Shown in pieces: positions 1 to 12,200 of a DNA stretch of 64,000 nt. The stretch is taken from assembly GCA_002269645.1 (NCBI GenBank), contig NIVC01002623.1, positions 62,001 through 126,000 on the forward strand, written 5' to 3'. The DNA comes from Macrostomum lignano. Its lineage: Eukaryota. Under the pieces are notes generated by a model. That model saw nothing but the letters and a program-made list of their open reading frames with translations, was not told the DNA's origin and made no database searches. The number at the start of each line of letters is the position of its first letter. Position 1 is the first letter of the stretch. The position numbers and the translations under genes were made by a program.

Positions 1-115
1 AATGTCACTCCTTACAAGACCTCTAAATTCCAATGTCACTCGTTATGAGATCTCTAAATCCAAATGTCACTCCTTACAAGATCTCCAAATCCCAATGTCA
101 CCCCGTGCGAGATCT
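1..115. repeat. 31-bp tandem repeat (AATGTCACTCCTTACAAGA...), cut by the window edge
   Basis: Units start at 1, 32, 63 and 94. Confidence 0.85.
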
Positions 116-639
116 CACACCAAGGCAGGGATTCAGTTCATCTGAATATTCAGCTCGGGCTGTCATTATTGACTTTATCCGTAAATAACTCGATCCGTGC
201 CGCGACAAGGACGCCGCTCTCAAGTGTCCTTGGCGCCGGCAAACAAAATTGAATCAGCCGCCACTTCAGGAAAATTTTTTTGCCAAATCCGTCTCTCGGC
301 TGCCGGGAAAATTTTTGCAGAAACTGGGCGCCATACTTTATGCTAACCGAATTTGCTGCAGCCACTTCACCAGCCGCTAGCGATTGACAGGTTCTGGCCG
401 CGTCCAGATCGAAAGTCGGGCTCGGCCGAGAAAAGCTTCGCCACAACAAGCCCCGTTCATTACGGAGCCAAACTCGATTTTCTGCCAACGCTTCATACTC
501 GATGCTGTATCAGTCCCTCTGCTCATAATCCCCATCATGCTCTGCCTTAATGAGCTGCGAATACGGCATGCACTGGCTGGGTGGTCTTCTCTCTTCTCAC
601 TGATGCTGCTCACTTGGATTTTCTGCTTTTATCCGTGAC

Positions 640-1140
640 TTTCTCTTGCTTTCTCTGCCTCTCCCTCTCTACCCCTGCCTCTCTACCCCTGCCTCTCTAC
701 CCCTGCCTCTCTACCCCTGCCTCTCTACCCCTGCCTCTCTACCCCTCCCTCTCTACCCCTCCCTCTCTAACCCTCCCTCTCTACCCCTGACTCTCTACCT
801 CTCCCTCTCTACCTCTCCCTCTCTAACCCTCCCTCTCTACCCCTGACTCTCTACCCCTCCCTCTCTACCTCTCCCTCTCTACCCCTCCCTCTCTACCCCT
901 CCCTCTCTGTCCGTGCCTCTCTACCCCTGCCTCTCTACCCCTGCCTCTCTACCCCTGCCTCTCTACCCCTCCTTCTCTATCCTTCCCTCTCTACCCCCTG
1001 CCTCTCTACCCCTACCTCTCTACCCCTCCCTCTCCACCCCTCCTTCTCTATCCCTCCTCTCCACCCCTCCTTCTCTATCCCTCCCTCTCCACCCCTCCTT
1101 CTCTACCCCTACCTCTCCACCCCTCCTTCTCTACCCCTCC
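640..1140. repeat. 14-bp minisatellite CCCTGCCTCTCTAC decaying into CT-rich sequence
   Basis: Direct inspection. Confidence 0.9.
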
Positions 1141-2039
1141 CTCTCCATCCCTCCTTTTTTACTCTCTTCATCAGCTTTGTGCTGCCCTATCTCCCCATTC
1201 TTATTCCTTATATCCCCAGTCTGCGCTCGCTGCACTCATTTAACTCCAATAAAAAAGCCATCAATACCTAGCAGTGAAGTTAACAAGGCAGCTCCATTTG
1301 GCAAAGGCGGATCTGCAGCGGGAACAAGCATCGCTCCATGTTTGCCGACTCAGCCCCTGCTCCTCTTGTCTTCAATGTTGCAGCTCGATTCTTCTCTTTT
1401 GCATCGAATTTTTTTCATTACAATGCAGCAAAATTGCATGCGAATTATTCTCCTCAAATTGCCTGGGTGAAGCCCCGCACTCCCCATCCCGCCCCAGCGT
1501 CTCCCCCCCCCCGGCCGCTGCGCAAACACTTCGGGAATGCAGTTTGTTTGAAATATATTTTTTCCAGCCTCCCCTCATCTGCAGAGTATCAGCAGCATCA
1601 GCAGCAGCAGCAGCAGCAGCAGCAGTATTCCCGTCTGTCATTAGCCAGGTAGCCACCTCGCAACTCCCCTCGGTGGCTCATCAGCTAAGGCAAACATTGC
1701 ACCAACGGGACGCTGCTCGAGGCCACTTCAGCTCGCCTCAATTCGGTCCAATTTTCCACCATCATCATCAGCATCCGGGGATTCCTCATCATCATGTTTA
1801 CCTGGCGCACTTCAGCCAGAGCGCACTGGGGGAGGCTGCGGGGATCTCATTTTGTCTTGTCTCGGCTCAGCCGGAACGCTGCTACTAGTAAACAGGCTTT
1901 GGGTAGCAGCTTGGCGGATACTTTTTCACCAGACCAGCTTCAATCCTTTTTCAATGTTTGATTATTCGGAGACAGCTGCCCTGAGAACTGCTCAAAATAT
2001 TCTTGCGGACACCCATTTTGTTTCTGTTTATCTTCGTTA

Positions 2040-2641
2040 GTCTCCCTCTCTGTCTGACTCTCCCTCTCCATCTGACTCTCCCTCTCCATCTGACTCTCCC
2101 TCTCCATCTGACTCTCCCTCTCCGCCTGACTCTCCCTCTCCATCTGACTCTCCCTCTCCATCTGACTCTCCCTCTCCATCTGATTCTCCCTCTCCATCTG
2201 ACTCTCCCTCTCCGCCTGACTCTCCCTCTCTATCTGACTCTCCCTCTCCGCCTGACTCTCCCTCTCCATCTGACTCTCCCTCTCCATCTGACTCTCCCTC
2301 TCCATCTGATTCTCCCTCTCCATCTGACTCTCCCTCTCCATCTGACTCTCCCTCTCCGCCTGACTCTCCCTCTCCATCTTACTCCCCTTCTCCCTCTGAC
2401 TCTCCCTTTCCGCCTGACTCTCCCTCTCCATCTGACTCTCCCTCTCCATCTGACTCTCCTTCTCCTTCTGACTTTCCCTCTCCTTCTGACTCTCCCTCTT
2501 TATCTGATTCTCCCTCTCCATCTGACTCTCCCTCTTTATCTGATTCTCCCTCTCCATCTGACTCTCCCTCTCAATCTGACTCTCCCTCTCCATCTGATTC
2601 TCCCTCTCCATCTGACTCTCCCTCTCCATCTGACTCTCCCT
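2040..2641. repeat. 18-bp minisatellite TCTGACTCTCCCTCTCCA
   Basis: About 33 units; explains the HLTLPL and MERESQ repeat ORFs. Confidence 0.95.
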
Positions 2642-3209
2642 AACCTGCCCAAACCTTTCAGTTTATCCGCTCCTATCCCTCCGCCTTCCCCTCTTCCTCT
2701 CCTTTCCACCAGCTCGGCACCCGGCAGCTTCAGCAGCTTCCGATCTCGGGTGCCCCGAGCTGTCGAGCTTGTGCGCTCCGAGCCAGCATTCGAAGCCTCT
2801 GGTCCGCGGTCTCTCGCACGTCATGCAGCGACCCTCAATTAGCAGCGGTGCGAGGATTTGCTCAGCGCGCAAGATGGAGCAAAGTTTGATGAGGGTAACA
2901 CTTGAGCACGCCTGAGCAGCCTCCCCGGTCTCCTGGTCCCGGCTAACTGGGTCTTTTAGCTTTTCAACTTTCTTTCAACGTTCAAAAAAACGGGAGGATG
3001 GCGCAGGCCGGGCCCGGCGGAGCGGAATGCCGAGCTGCCGCCCGCTGCGCCCAGCCAGAGCCGCTTCGTGACTTCCTTCGAGTTTTCTTGGCGCCCAGCA
3101 TGGCAACAATGGCAGCGGCCGTGCGTGCGTTAAGGAATTAATCATCGATTGAGCAGATTGACTTTTCAGCAATGAAATTGCTCAAATTTGCTTCTGGTTT
3201 TGCCAGGGA

Positions 3210-3575
3210 CGTCTAGATAGGATCTATCTGGACCGGACGCCCAGACTCGTGAGCACAAACACCCAAACTGTCTAGCCATGGACCCTCCGGATTCTTGGAC
3301 CGGTTGCGCAGCGCAGACCCGCAAGAATCCAAAATAACTGACCAGGGATCTCTAGATATCTGGACTGGACGCATAGACTCGCATCAAACATCAAACCCCA
3401 ACACATCCAACTAGTCATGGATCTTTACTAGTAGATATCTGGACTGGACGCGCGGACCCAGACCCACCAACATAAAATATTTGACCACGGACCACTAGAT
3501 ATCTAGACTGGACGCGCAGACCCAGACCCACCAACCTTCTGGCCAGGGACCACTAGATATCTGGATCGGACACTC
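3210..3575. repeat. Degenerate tandem repeat (about 60-75 bp) with core CTAGATATCTGGACTGGACGC
   Basis: Core recurs near 3214, 3351, 3430, 3496 and 3553. Confidence 0.7.
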
Positions 3576-4307
3576 GATAATTGTATCTAATTTTTTACAA
3601 TTTAAAACTTCTCTCTTTCTCTCAAAGGGGAGAATTCCCCAACCATGCAGGTTTTTGGATGCTTTGAAAAGTCTGCAGGAACTCTGTCGTGACTCTCGGT
3701 GGAACTTTTTATACAAGAAAGTCAAATTCGAAATTAGAAGCCAACCAGATTGACACCACTGAACACAGCAGGGGTTGCCAATCAGTTATCAACTTGATCC
3801 GGGCTGCCCCCCCCCCTCTGTAACCGCGCATGAAAACCGGCGAGTCCTTTGTTGTGCCGGAGCGAACTGTGCTCAAGTGCGAGCTCGGCTTTAAGGAAGG
3901 AGAATTTAATAAGACAGAATCGGGACTCGGGGGGACCCCTCCGGCCACTTCAGGCCCGGCGGAACGGGTCTCAAGTGTCCTCGTTGTCAGCTTTGCCCCG
4001 TCCGCCATCGGCTGACTTCGGGCCTGCGGATATGGGGCAGTCAGCAGACAGTTGACTGGCGCCTGTTCACTCTCTGTACACTAATAGGTGTTAAGTATAT
4101 CTGGCCATTGAGCTCTGCCGACAGATGGGGCTGCAGTTATGCAATTAAGAATTCTTCTACTTAGACACCGAGAGCATTCATTCTTACAGTTGCTTGTAAT
4201 TATTGAATTCTTTTGGAGAATAAATATCCAGTTCGATTTAGCCGTCTGGAATGGCAGATTGAGAAGGAGGGTGAGAGGTGGTCTCCAGATCGAAGTAGGA
4301 GGTTGAG

Positions 4308-5441
4308 GAGGAGAGTAGGAGATGGGAGAGGAGAGTATGAGATGGGAGAGGAGAGTAGGAGATGGGAGAGGAGAGTAGGAGATGGGAGAGGAGAGTAGGA
4401 GACGGGATAGGAGAGCAGGAGATGGGATAGGAGAGTAGGAGATGGGAGAGGAGAGTAGGAGACGGGATAGGAGAGTAGGAGATGGGATAGGAGAGTAGGA
4501 GATGGGAGAGGAGAGTAGGAGATGGGAGAGGAGAGTAGGAGATGGGAGAGGAGAGTAGGAGACGGGAGAGGAGAGTAGGAGATGGGAGAGGAGAGTAGGA
4601 GATGGGAGAGGAGAGTAGGAGACGGGAGAGGAGAGTAGGAGATGGGAGAGGAGAGTAGGAGACGGGAGAGGAGAGTAGGAGATGGGAGAGGAGAGTATGA
4701 GATGGGAGAGGAGAGTAGGAGATGGGAGAGGAGAGTAGGAGATGGGAGAGGAGAGTAGGAGATGGGAGAGGAGAGTAGGAGATGGGAGAGGAGAGTAGGA
4801 GACGGGAGAGGAGAGTAGGAGATGGGAGAGGAGAGTATGAGATGGGAGAGGAGAGTAGGAGATGGGAGAGGAGAGTAGGAGATGGGAGAGGAGAGTAGGA
4901 GATGGGATAGGAGAGTATGAGATGGGAGAGGAGAGTAGGAGACGGGAGAGGAGAGTAGGAGATGGGAGAGGAGAGTAGGAGACGGGATAGGAGAGTAGGA
5001 GATGGGATAGGAGAGTAGGAGATGGGATAGGAGAGTAGGAGATGGGAGAGGAGAGTAGGAGACGGGATAGGAGAGTAGGAGATGGGATTGGAGAGTAGGA
5101 GACGGGAGAGGAGAGTAGGAGATGGGATAGGAGAGTAGGAGATGGGATAGGAGAGTAGGAGATGGGATAGGAGAGTAGGAGATGGGAGAGGAGAGTAGGA
5201 GACGGGATAGGAGAGTAGGAGATGGGATTGGAGAGTAGGAGACGGGAGAGGAGAGTAGGAGACGGGAGAGGAGAGTAGGAGATGGGATAGGAGAGTAGGA
5301 GATGGGAGAGGAGAGTAGGAGACGGGATAGGAGAGTAGGAGATGGGAGAGGAGAGTAGGAGATGGGGGAGGAGAGTAGGAGATGGGATAGGAGAGTAGGA
5401 GATGGGAGAGGAGAGTAGGAGACGGGAGAGGAGAGTAGGAG
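4308..5441. repeat. 20-bp purine minisatellite GAGAGTAGGAGATGGGAGAG
   Basis: About 56 units. Confidence 0.97.
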
Positions 5442-5905
5442 AATGAGCTTAGAACAGAGAAGGGGATGAGAAGTCAGTCATGCAGCTCCAAACTTCTCAT
5501 AGGCAGGAAGCCGCCCCTGCCCTGGCAAATCCGAGCGGCGGGCCACCCACGGCGGCAACTTCGGGGGGATGAGCGGCGAGTTCTGGTGAGGCGCCTGCTA
5601 ATCCGCACCGGCTAATGGGCGGGCAAACTCGACCAGGTGGGTCCAGCTGGGAGGGGCGTTTGCCGAGGCAAGCGGCTCTGCGGTTTCAACCCGGAAGTCA
5701 GTCGTGGCCTCTACGAGACTCTCTTGCGGAAGCTGTTGAAGATTGCGTGTCCGCGCAATTGTTGATCAGACTCTGAGATGCTCCGCGATCAAGCGGAGTG
5801 GAAAGTTGCTGCGTGCAAATAATATACCGAGCTGGGCCTTTTATTGCCTTTATGAAACTGAAAGTCAAGGCCTTAAGGCTACAGAGTTTGGGTTGAGATT
5901 CTTAG

Positions 5906-6512
5906 GGAGAGAGTGACAGGGAGAGAGTGACAGGGAGAGAGTGACAGGGAGAGAGTGACAGGGAGAGAGTGACAGGGAGAGAGTGACAGGGAGAGAGTGA
6001 CAGGGAGAGAGTGACAGGGAGAGAGTGACAGGGAGAGAGTGACAGGGAGAGAGTGACAGGGAGAGAGTGACAGGGAGAGAGTGACAGGGAGAGAGTGACA
6101 GGGAGAGAGTGACAGGGAGAGAGTGACAGGGAGAGAGTGACAGGGAGAGAGTGACAGGGAGAGAGTGACAGGGAGAGAGTGACAGGGAGATAGTGACAGG
6201 GAGAGAGTGACAGGGAGAGAGTGACAGGGAGAGAGTGACAGGGAGAGAGTGACAGGGAGAGAGTGACAGGGAGAGAGTGACAGGGAGAGAGTGACAGGGA
6301 GAGAGTGACAGGGAGAGAGTGACAGGGAGAGAGTGACAGGGAGAGAGTGACAGGGAGAGAGTGACAGGGAGAGAGTGACAGGGAGAGAGTGACAGGGAGA
6401 GAGTGACAGGGAGAGAGTGATAGGGTCAATAGGGAGAGAGTGACAGGGAGAGAGTGATAGGGTCAATAGGGAGAGAATGACAGGGAGAGAGTGACAGGGA
6501 GGGAGTGACAGG
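5906..6512. repeat. 14-bp minisatellite GAGAGAGTGACAGG
   Basis: About 40 units, each with TGACAG. Confidence 0.97.
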
Positions 6513-7514
6513 AACATTTGCGAGAGTGACGAGGACGGAGTGACGGGTTACGGGGTGAGTAGGGGTGACGAGGACAGGGTGATGAGGACAGAAATATAGC
6601 ATTTGGAGATTAAAAGTGCAAGACAAACGAAGCAAGGCACATGGAGAAAAGTCTGCATAGTGCAATTGTTACCTTAAATCCCACAGAATGGGAAGAATGA
6701 AAAAGTTCCCATGCACACACATTAAAAATCGAAGATCTTTATCTAACAAAGCAGGCCTTCACAAAGGCTAAAATAACAAAGCATTAAAACAAAAAATAAA
6801 AGCATTTGTTCCCAGGGCGCCACAAAATAGATTTTAAAAAAGCCACAGAGAACGAAGTGTCTGAGATTTTTCAATTCTTGAAGGTTTTTGGCATCGAAGC
6901 AGCCCCTCTATACTGAGTCGAATTCAAGCAACTCCTCTGTCACTCAAGCAGCGACGCCTGAGCCACCCCCCCCCCCTAAAAAACCCCTGCAACCCTGCAG
7001 TTTTTGGCAGAGCTCAGGTCTTCATGCTTGCCTCTGCTGCTCCACTGTCTCTGACTTGTACGAGCTGGTCTAGTCTCTGAATGGGTGATTGACAAGTGAG
7101 CAGCCGGCAGCCACCTCACCTCCGCCTGTCCCCGACCGAGCAGCCTGTGGCATCGTGGCACCCGCCATCCCATTGTTCCACGGGGTTCTGCATCGTTTTC
7201 TTCTATCTGCAGTGCTTCTCCGCTGCCTGCCACCTGAGAGCTCTGCTTGGGGACTGGGGGGGGGACTTAGGAGCGACGTCAGTGAGCTGAGCTGAGCTTT
7301 TCTGCTCGAAGAATTATTGTTATAACAGGACAGTGTCAAAGTCTAACGTAGCCACAGGAACCCATTGTGAATGCGAGTCTGTAATTATATTTTTGTCAGT
7401 TCTGGCGATTCCATTTTTATTTAAGCCCAGAAGTCCCAACGTTGGTCTCAGTTCCCCGAGAGGACTTTTTGATTGGGCTGTTATGATTACTGATTGATCA
7501 CCTGGTATAGAGGC

Positions 7515-7800
7515 AATGCGCGCTTCTGCCAATACAATGCGCGCTTCTGCCAATGCAATGCGCGCTTCTGCCAATGCAATGCGCGCTTCTGCCAATGCAA
7601 TGCGCGCTTCTGCCAATGCAATGCGCGCTTCTGCCAATGCAATGCGCGCTTCTGCCAATGCAATGCGCGCTTCTGCCAATGCAATGCGCGCTTCTGCCAA
7701 TGCAATGCGCGCTTCTGCCAATGCAATGCGCGCTTCTGCCAATGCAATGCGCGCTTCTGCCAATGCAATGCGCGCTTCTGCCAATGCAATGCGCGCTTCC
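7515..7800. repeat. 21-bp minisatellite GCAATGCGCGCTTCTGCCAAT
   Basis: About 13 near-perfect units. Confidence 0.97.
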
Positions 7801-9258
7801 ATGCCCTGCTCAGGCACAAAATTGGGTTTTTTTGCTCATCCTATCGATGGCTATGTTTTGATTTCCTCATGTTGACATCCATGAAAGAACGAACCACGCA
7901 TGCCCTGAGACCTCAGCTGAGTCCAACAACTCCTGCTTCAATCCAACCCCCGCGTCTGCTTCTGCAGTTGCAGCTCGAATTCTGCTCAATCTTTCTTTTC
8001 ACGAGGCGCGCTCGGCCTGTGCCACTGTGCGGCTTGTGCGGCTGTCAATCAAACTAAATTTTGCTTTGCACCGAAGACACCCACCCTCCGGCCCGGACCC
8101 AGCGGCTGCGCAGCTTCTCGAGCCCTGCTCAGGGGGTGGAGCAGACAAGGAGACAGCAGCCGTCTCTCTTATTCCGTTCGAATCGGACAAAAGGCCTCAC
8201 ACCCCCGATTTCATCTCAATTCTTTCTTTTCGTTTCTTCTCTGCCTGTCCCCCGGCCACTGCAGCCTCTCCGAGAGTTGCATTCGCGGCTGCTGAAGTGG
8301 GCGGGGCGATGGCCGGGGGGGGGGCTTGCTGGTTGCTGCATTCGCAAGGCATAATAGAGGAAAGTCCAAGACATACAGGCCGCTCTGCCATCATAATACA
8401 CTGTATTGCATTGTCAGCTGAGTAAGGCAGATGACAAGCTCGACCGGCCCCTGCAGTTTATTGCTGGCTACTTGCGACTCAAGTAGAAATCTTTTCTGTC
8501 GCTAAAACTTAGGGCACTGCGATAATTTCACAGGTGCAAAATTGAGCTAGCTGCTTCTGATTGGAATTTGGGGACTTCTGCCGGTTCCAACCAATCCTGA
8601 ATTGTTGGGGAATAGATCCCGCTCTGCCGGAGTGCCCGGCGCAGATACAGGGGGCTGCTTGATGCTCTCTCTCGGCTGGGAAGTGGCTCTCAAAATGATT
8701 TTCATTCTCTTGTGCCTAAGAAATCCCACCTTGAGAGGAACTAAAGACAAGCCGTAGCCTCACTTTCCCCGGCTAATTTGGCTGAGCTGCCCGGGGTTGA
8801 GGAAGGCACCTTTGGGGTGGGCGATGCAGCTGGGATCCCATTGGCTCTGGGCGGGGATTTCTGCCCCGGACAATGCCGCTGGGGAAGGGAGAAGGCGGAG
8901 GGACTCAGGGGGGTGGCAGCTCTGCAGGGGTGGCGGGCCAAGTGCTCTGAATGGCGGTTCGAGGGCTGTTGGGCAGCGCTCGATTGCGCGCTGAGAGGCT
9001 CAAGCACTCCCATAGGCTGGGGCTTGACTCCCCGGCACCCCCAGTGCTCACGATTCGCTGCAGGGACAGCCCTAATGGGCCGCACAAGAGGAATTTAGGT
9101 GGCCCTCTCGGACCCTTTTCACACCCTCTCCGACTGCTCTAAGTCTCTGTCTAAGCGCCACTCCTCGCTCCGTGCTCAAACGGCCACTCGTGAGTCCCCT
9201 GTTCTCCATACACTGGTCCGGCCGCAGGCACTCGAAGCACCCCGCGGCATCGCCTTGC

Positions 9259-12200
9259 ATGTCACTGAGCCCCTCTCAGCAGCAGCAGCAGCAGCAGCCA
9301 GCCAGCAGCTTTCGAGTCACTGATTTGCTCAACCAGCAGTCCGAGGAGGTTCCAGAACAGCAGCAGGGTCTGTACTACTCAGCCATGAACCCGTACGCGC
9401 CCAGCCCCTACATGCCGCAGGGCCCCCACCCGGGTGCGGCCTCCTTCACCTCGCAGTACTGCGCCGGCCCCGACCTCAGCCCGTACGCCGACCCCAGGCA
9501 CACGGCGGCCGCAGCCAGCTGGTACGGAGCGACCTCGCCGACTGCCGACCCGCGCTTTGCCACCAGTGAGTGACAGTCATCGCTTTCATAAATAGTAATG
9601 CATTCTGTTTTGGGTGGGAACGTTTGCACTGAGTGGGGCTGTCTACCCTCTACATATCTTCTCTTATCTCCGCTGTCTACCCTCTACATATTTTCTCTTA
9701 TCTCCGCTGTCTACTCTCTACATATCTTCTCTTATCTCCGCTGTCTACTCTCTACATATCCTCTCTTATCTCCGCTGTCTACCCTCTACATATCCTCTCT
9801 TATCTCCGCTGTCTACCCCTACATATCCTCTCTTATCTCCGCTGTCTACCCTCTACATATCCTCTCTTATCTCCGCTGTCTACCCTCTACATATCCTCTC
9901 TTATCTCTGCTGTCTACCCCTACATATCCTCTCTTATCTCCGCTGTCTACCCTCTACATATCCTCTCTTATCTCCGCTGTCTACCCTCTACATATCCTCT
10001 CTTATCTCTGCTGTCTACCCCTACATATCCTCTCTTATCTCCGCTGTCTACCCTCTACATATCCTCTCTTATCTCCGCTGTCTACCCTCTACATATCCTC
10101 TCTTATCTCCGCTGTCTACCCCTACATATCCTCTCTTATCTCCGCTGTCTACCCTCTACATATCCTCTCTTATCTCCTCTGTCTACCCTCTACATATCCT
10201 CTCTTATCTCCTCTGTCTACCCTCTACATATCCTCTCTTATCTCCTCTGTCTACCCTCTACATATCCTCTCTTATCTCCTCTGTCTACCCTCTACATATC
10301 CTCTCTTATCTCCTCTGTCTAACCTCTACATATCCTCTCTTATCTCCTCTGTCTACCCTCTACATATCCTCTCTTATCTCCTCTGTCTACCCTCTACATA
10401 TCCTCTCTTATCTCCTCTGTCTACCCTCTACATATCCTCTCTTATCTCCTCTGTCTACCCTCTACATATCCTCTCTTATCTCCTCTGTCTACCCTCTACA
10501 TATCCTCTCTTATCTCCGCTGTCTACCCTCTACATATCCTCTCTTATCTCTGGTATGTTTTGAAGCTACTCAAACTCAACAGTTTACTGTAACAGGGTAA
10601 ATTTAGAATCATAATCTGTTTCAAAAATATTTTTAAAAAGCAGATTCACCACACGAGGTACTGGCAGCCACATCCACTGACGGATAGTCAGACAGACACA
10701 ATTCCCTAATATTCTCTATTCTTAGAATAAAATTTTGGTGACATTGTGCAGCCCTGCATGGCCCAACATTCGGTTTCCATTGTGTCTGCAACGGGGAAAA
10801 ACTCCCCAAACTCCAGTTCAACTGCAGGGGAGAATGAAGGGGAGCAGGAAAAAAACATATTGGCCGTTACATTCCGGCAATTTGAAACTGGGGGACGGGG
10901 GTTGTTCGCAACTCAAATTGCAATGTTCTCTCTAACAGTCCCTCAGATCCACTTGAGACTTGACACTGCCTATGATGCTGGCTTACCGCAGTTGCTGGGG
11001 GCCCGCGCTCCATCTCGTCTCCCTTGCTCAGCTCTGCCAGCTCCTCCCTTTTCCCTTGTATTCTCATATTTTGTTAAACTCAATATTGCTCGAACTCCGA
11101 GCACCATGGAGGGCGATATAGGGGGGAGCTGTGTTAGATAAGAGCTGCTCCGGTCACACCGGGTGAAACGCATTGGTGCCCAGAATAATGACATGTCATT
11201 TTCATAATTCAGCTTTGCCAATGTATAGAAATGGTACAGGATATGGAGATTCGACAATGGAGATTTGCAGTGGGAGGAGCGAGTGCAGGACTGTTATTTC
11301 TGTGCCCTCTCTGGCGGCTTTTCTGTTCCCAAAAAAAACATATTTCGCCTGCGGCGATTTCCCACACAGCGCAAAGATAACGAGGGAATAATAGAAGAGA
11401 GGATTTGGTTGGTCGCACCGCGCGGGCGCTCCGCCCACCGCGCGCCAGTTCGCAACTGCGGCGGGCGCTTGAATCAACAGTTGTTAAACTTAACGAAAGC
11501 TGCTAAAAGCTTTTGAAAGAAAAAAATCAACTTTACAGAATGGCTTCGAACTCGCACCAGCGAGCTCGGGTTTCGGGTTTCAGGGCCGCCAGTCCCGGGT
11601 CCCGCATGTTTGCTCGGCCTGGACTGGCATAGTCTATGGCCCGGAGAGTCACCAAGAGGGTGACGCAACGGGGGGGGGCACCTCGAGGCGGCGACATGCA
11701 GAATCCCGGGCGCCATCAGCTCTGAAGCCTCTTGTAGAAGCCTTGAGGCGCAAGCAGCAGATTTACTCAGATCATTAGGGACCCCTCGGGCCGGCGCATA
11801 CGGTTTAACCCCCCCCCCTGCTTAATTGGAATCGAATCTCTTTCTGGGTCGGTCAGCAATTAAGTGCATGAGGAAGAGGCTGGCGGCCCCATCTCACCCC
11901 CCTTGCTCAAGCTCAGCTCAAACACCTGGGGGATGCCAGCCCATCCTGCTCCAATCTAATTTAAGTCTATATTAACTGCTCCGAGGATTTCAGTGATTGC
12001 GAAACCGCGCGGGGGGAAGGGATTTGACGCGTTCTCAAGTGGGGATTTTTGCTTTTTACGAATCTTCGCCCGAAGGCATCTGCCGAGATCGCCGTGTTGG
12101 GGGGAGAAAGATAAAGAGCGCCGCGAATTAAAAGGGAAAGGAGGGAAAGGTGTCAATTGCACGCGTCGAGGTTGGACTGACCGCTCAATTGCTTGATTGC

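Noticed and set aside
384-638. 84-aa ORF with two hydrophobic stretches
   Set aside because: Non-ATG start, no GC3 bias like the real exons, no recognisable motif or convincing splice sites.
1274-1888. 204-aa ORF with poly-Ala and His-rich segments upstream of NK2.1
   Set aside because: Driven by a CAG microsatellite; codon usage unlike real exons; no homology recognised.
8168-8190. GTTCGAATC T-loop/B-box-like hairpin
   Set aside because: No A box, acceptor stem or cloverleaf at the proper spacing.
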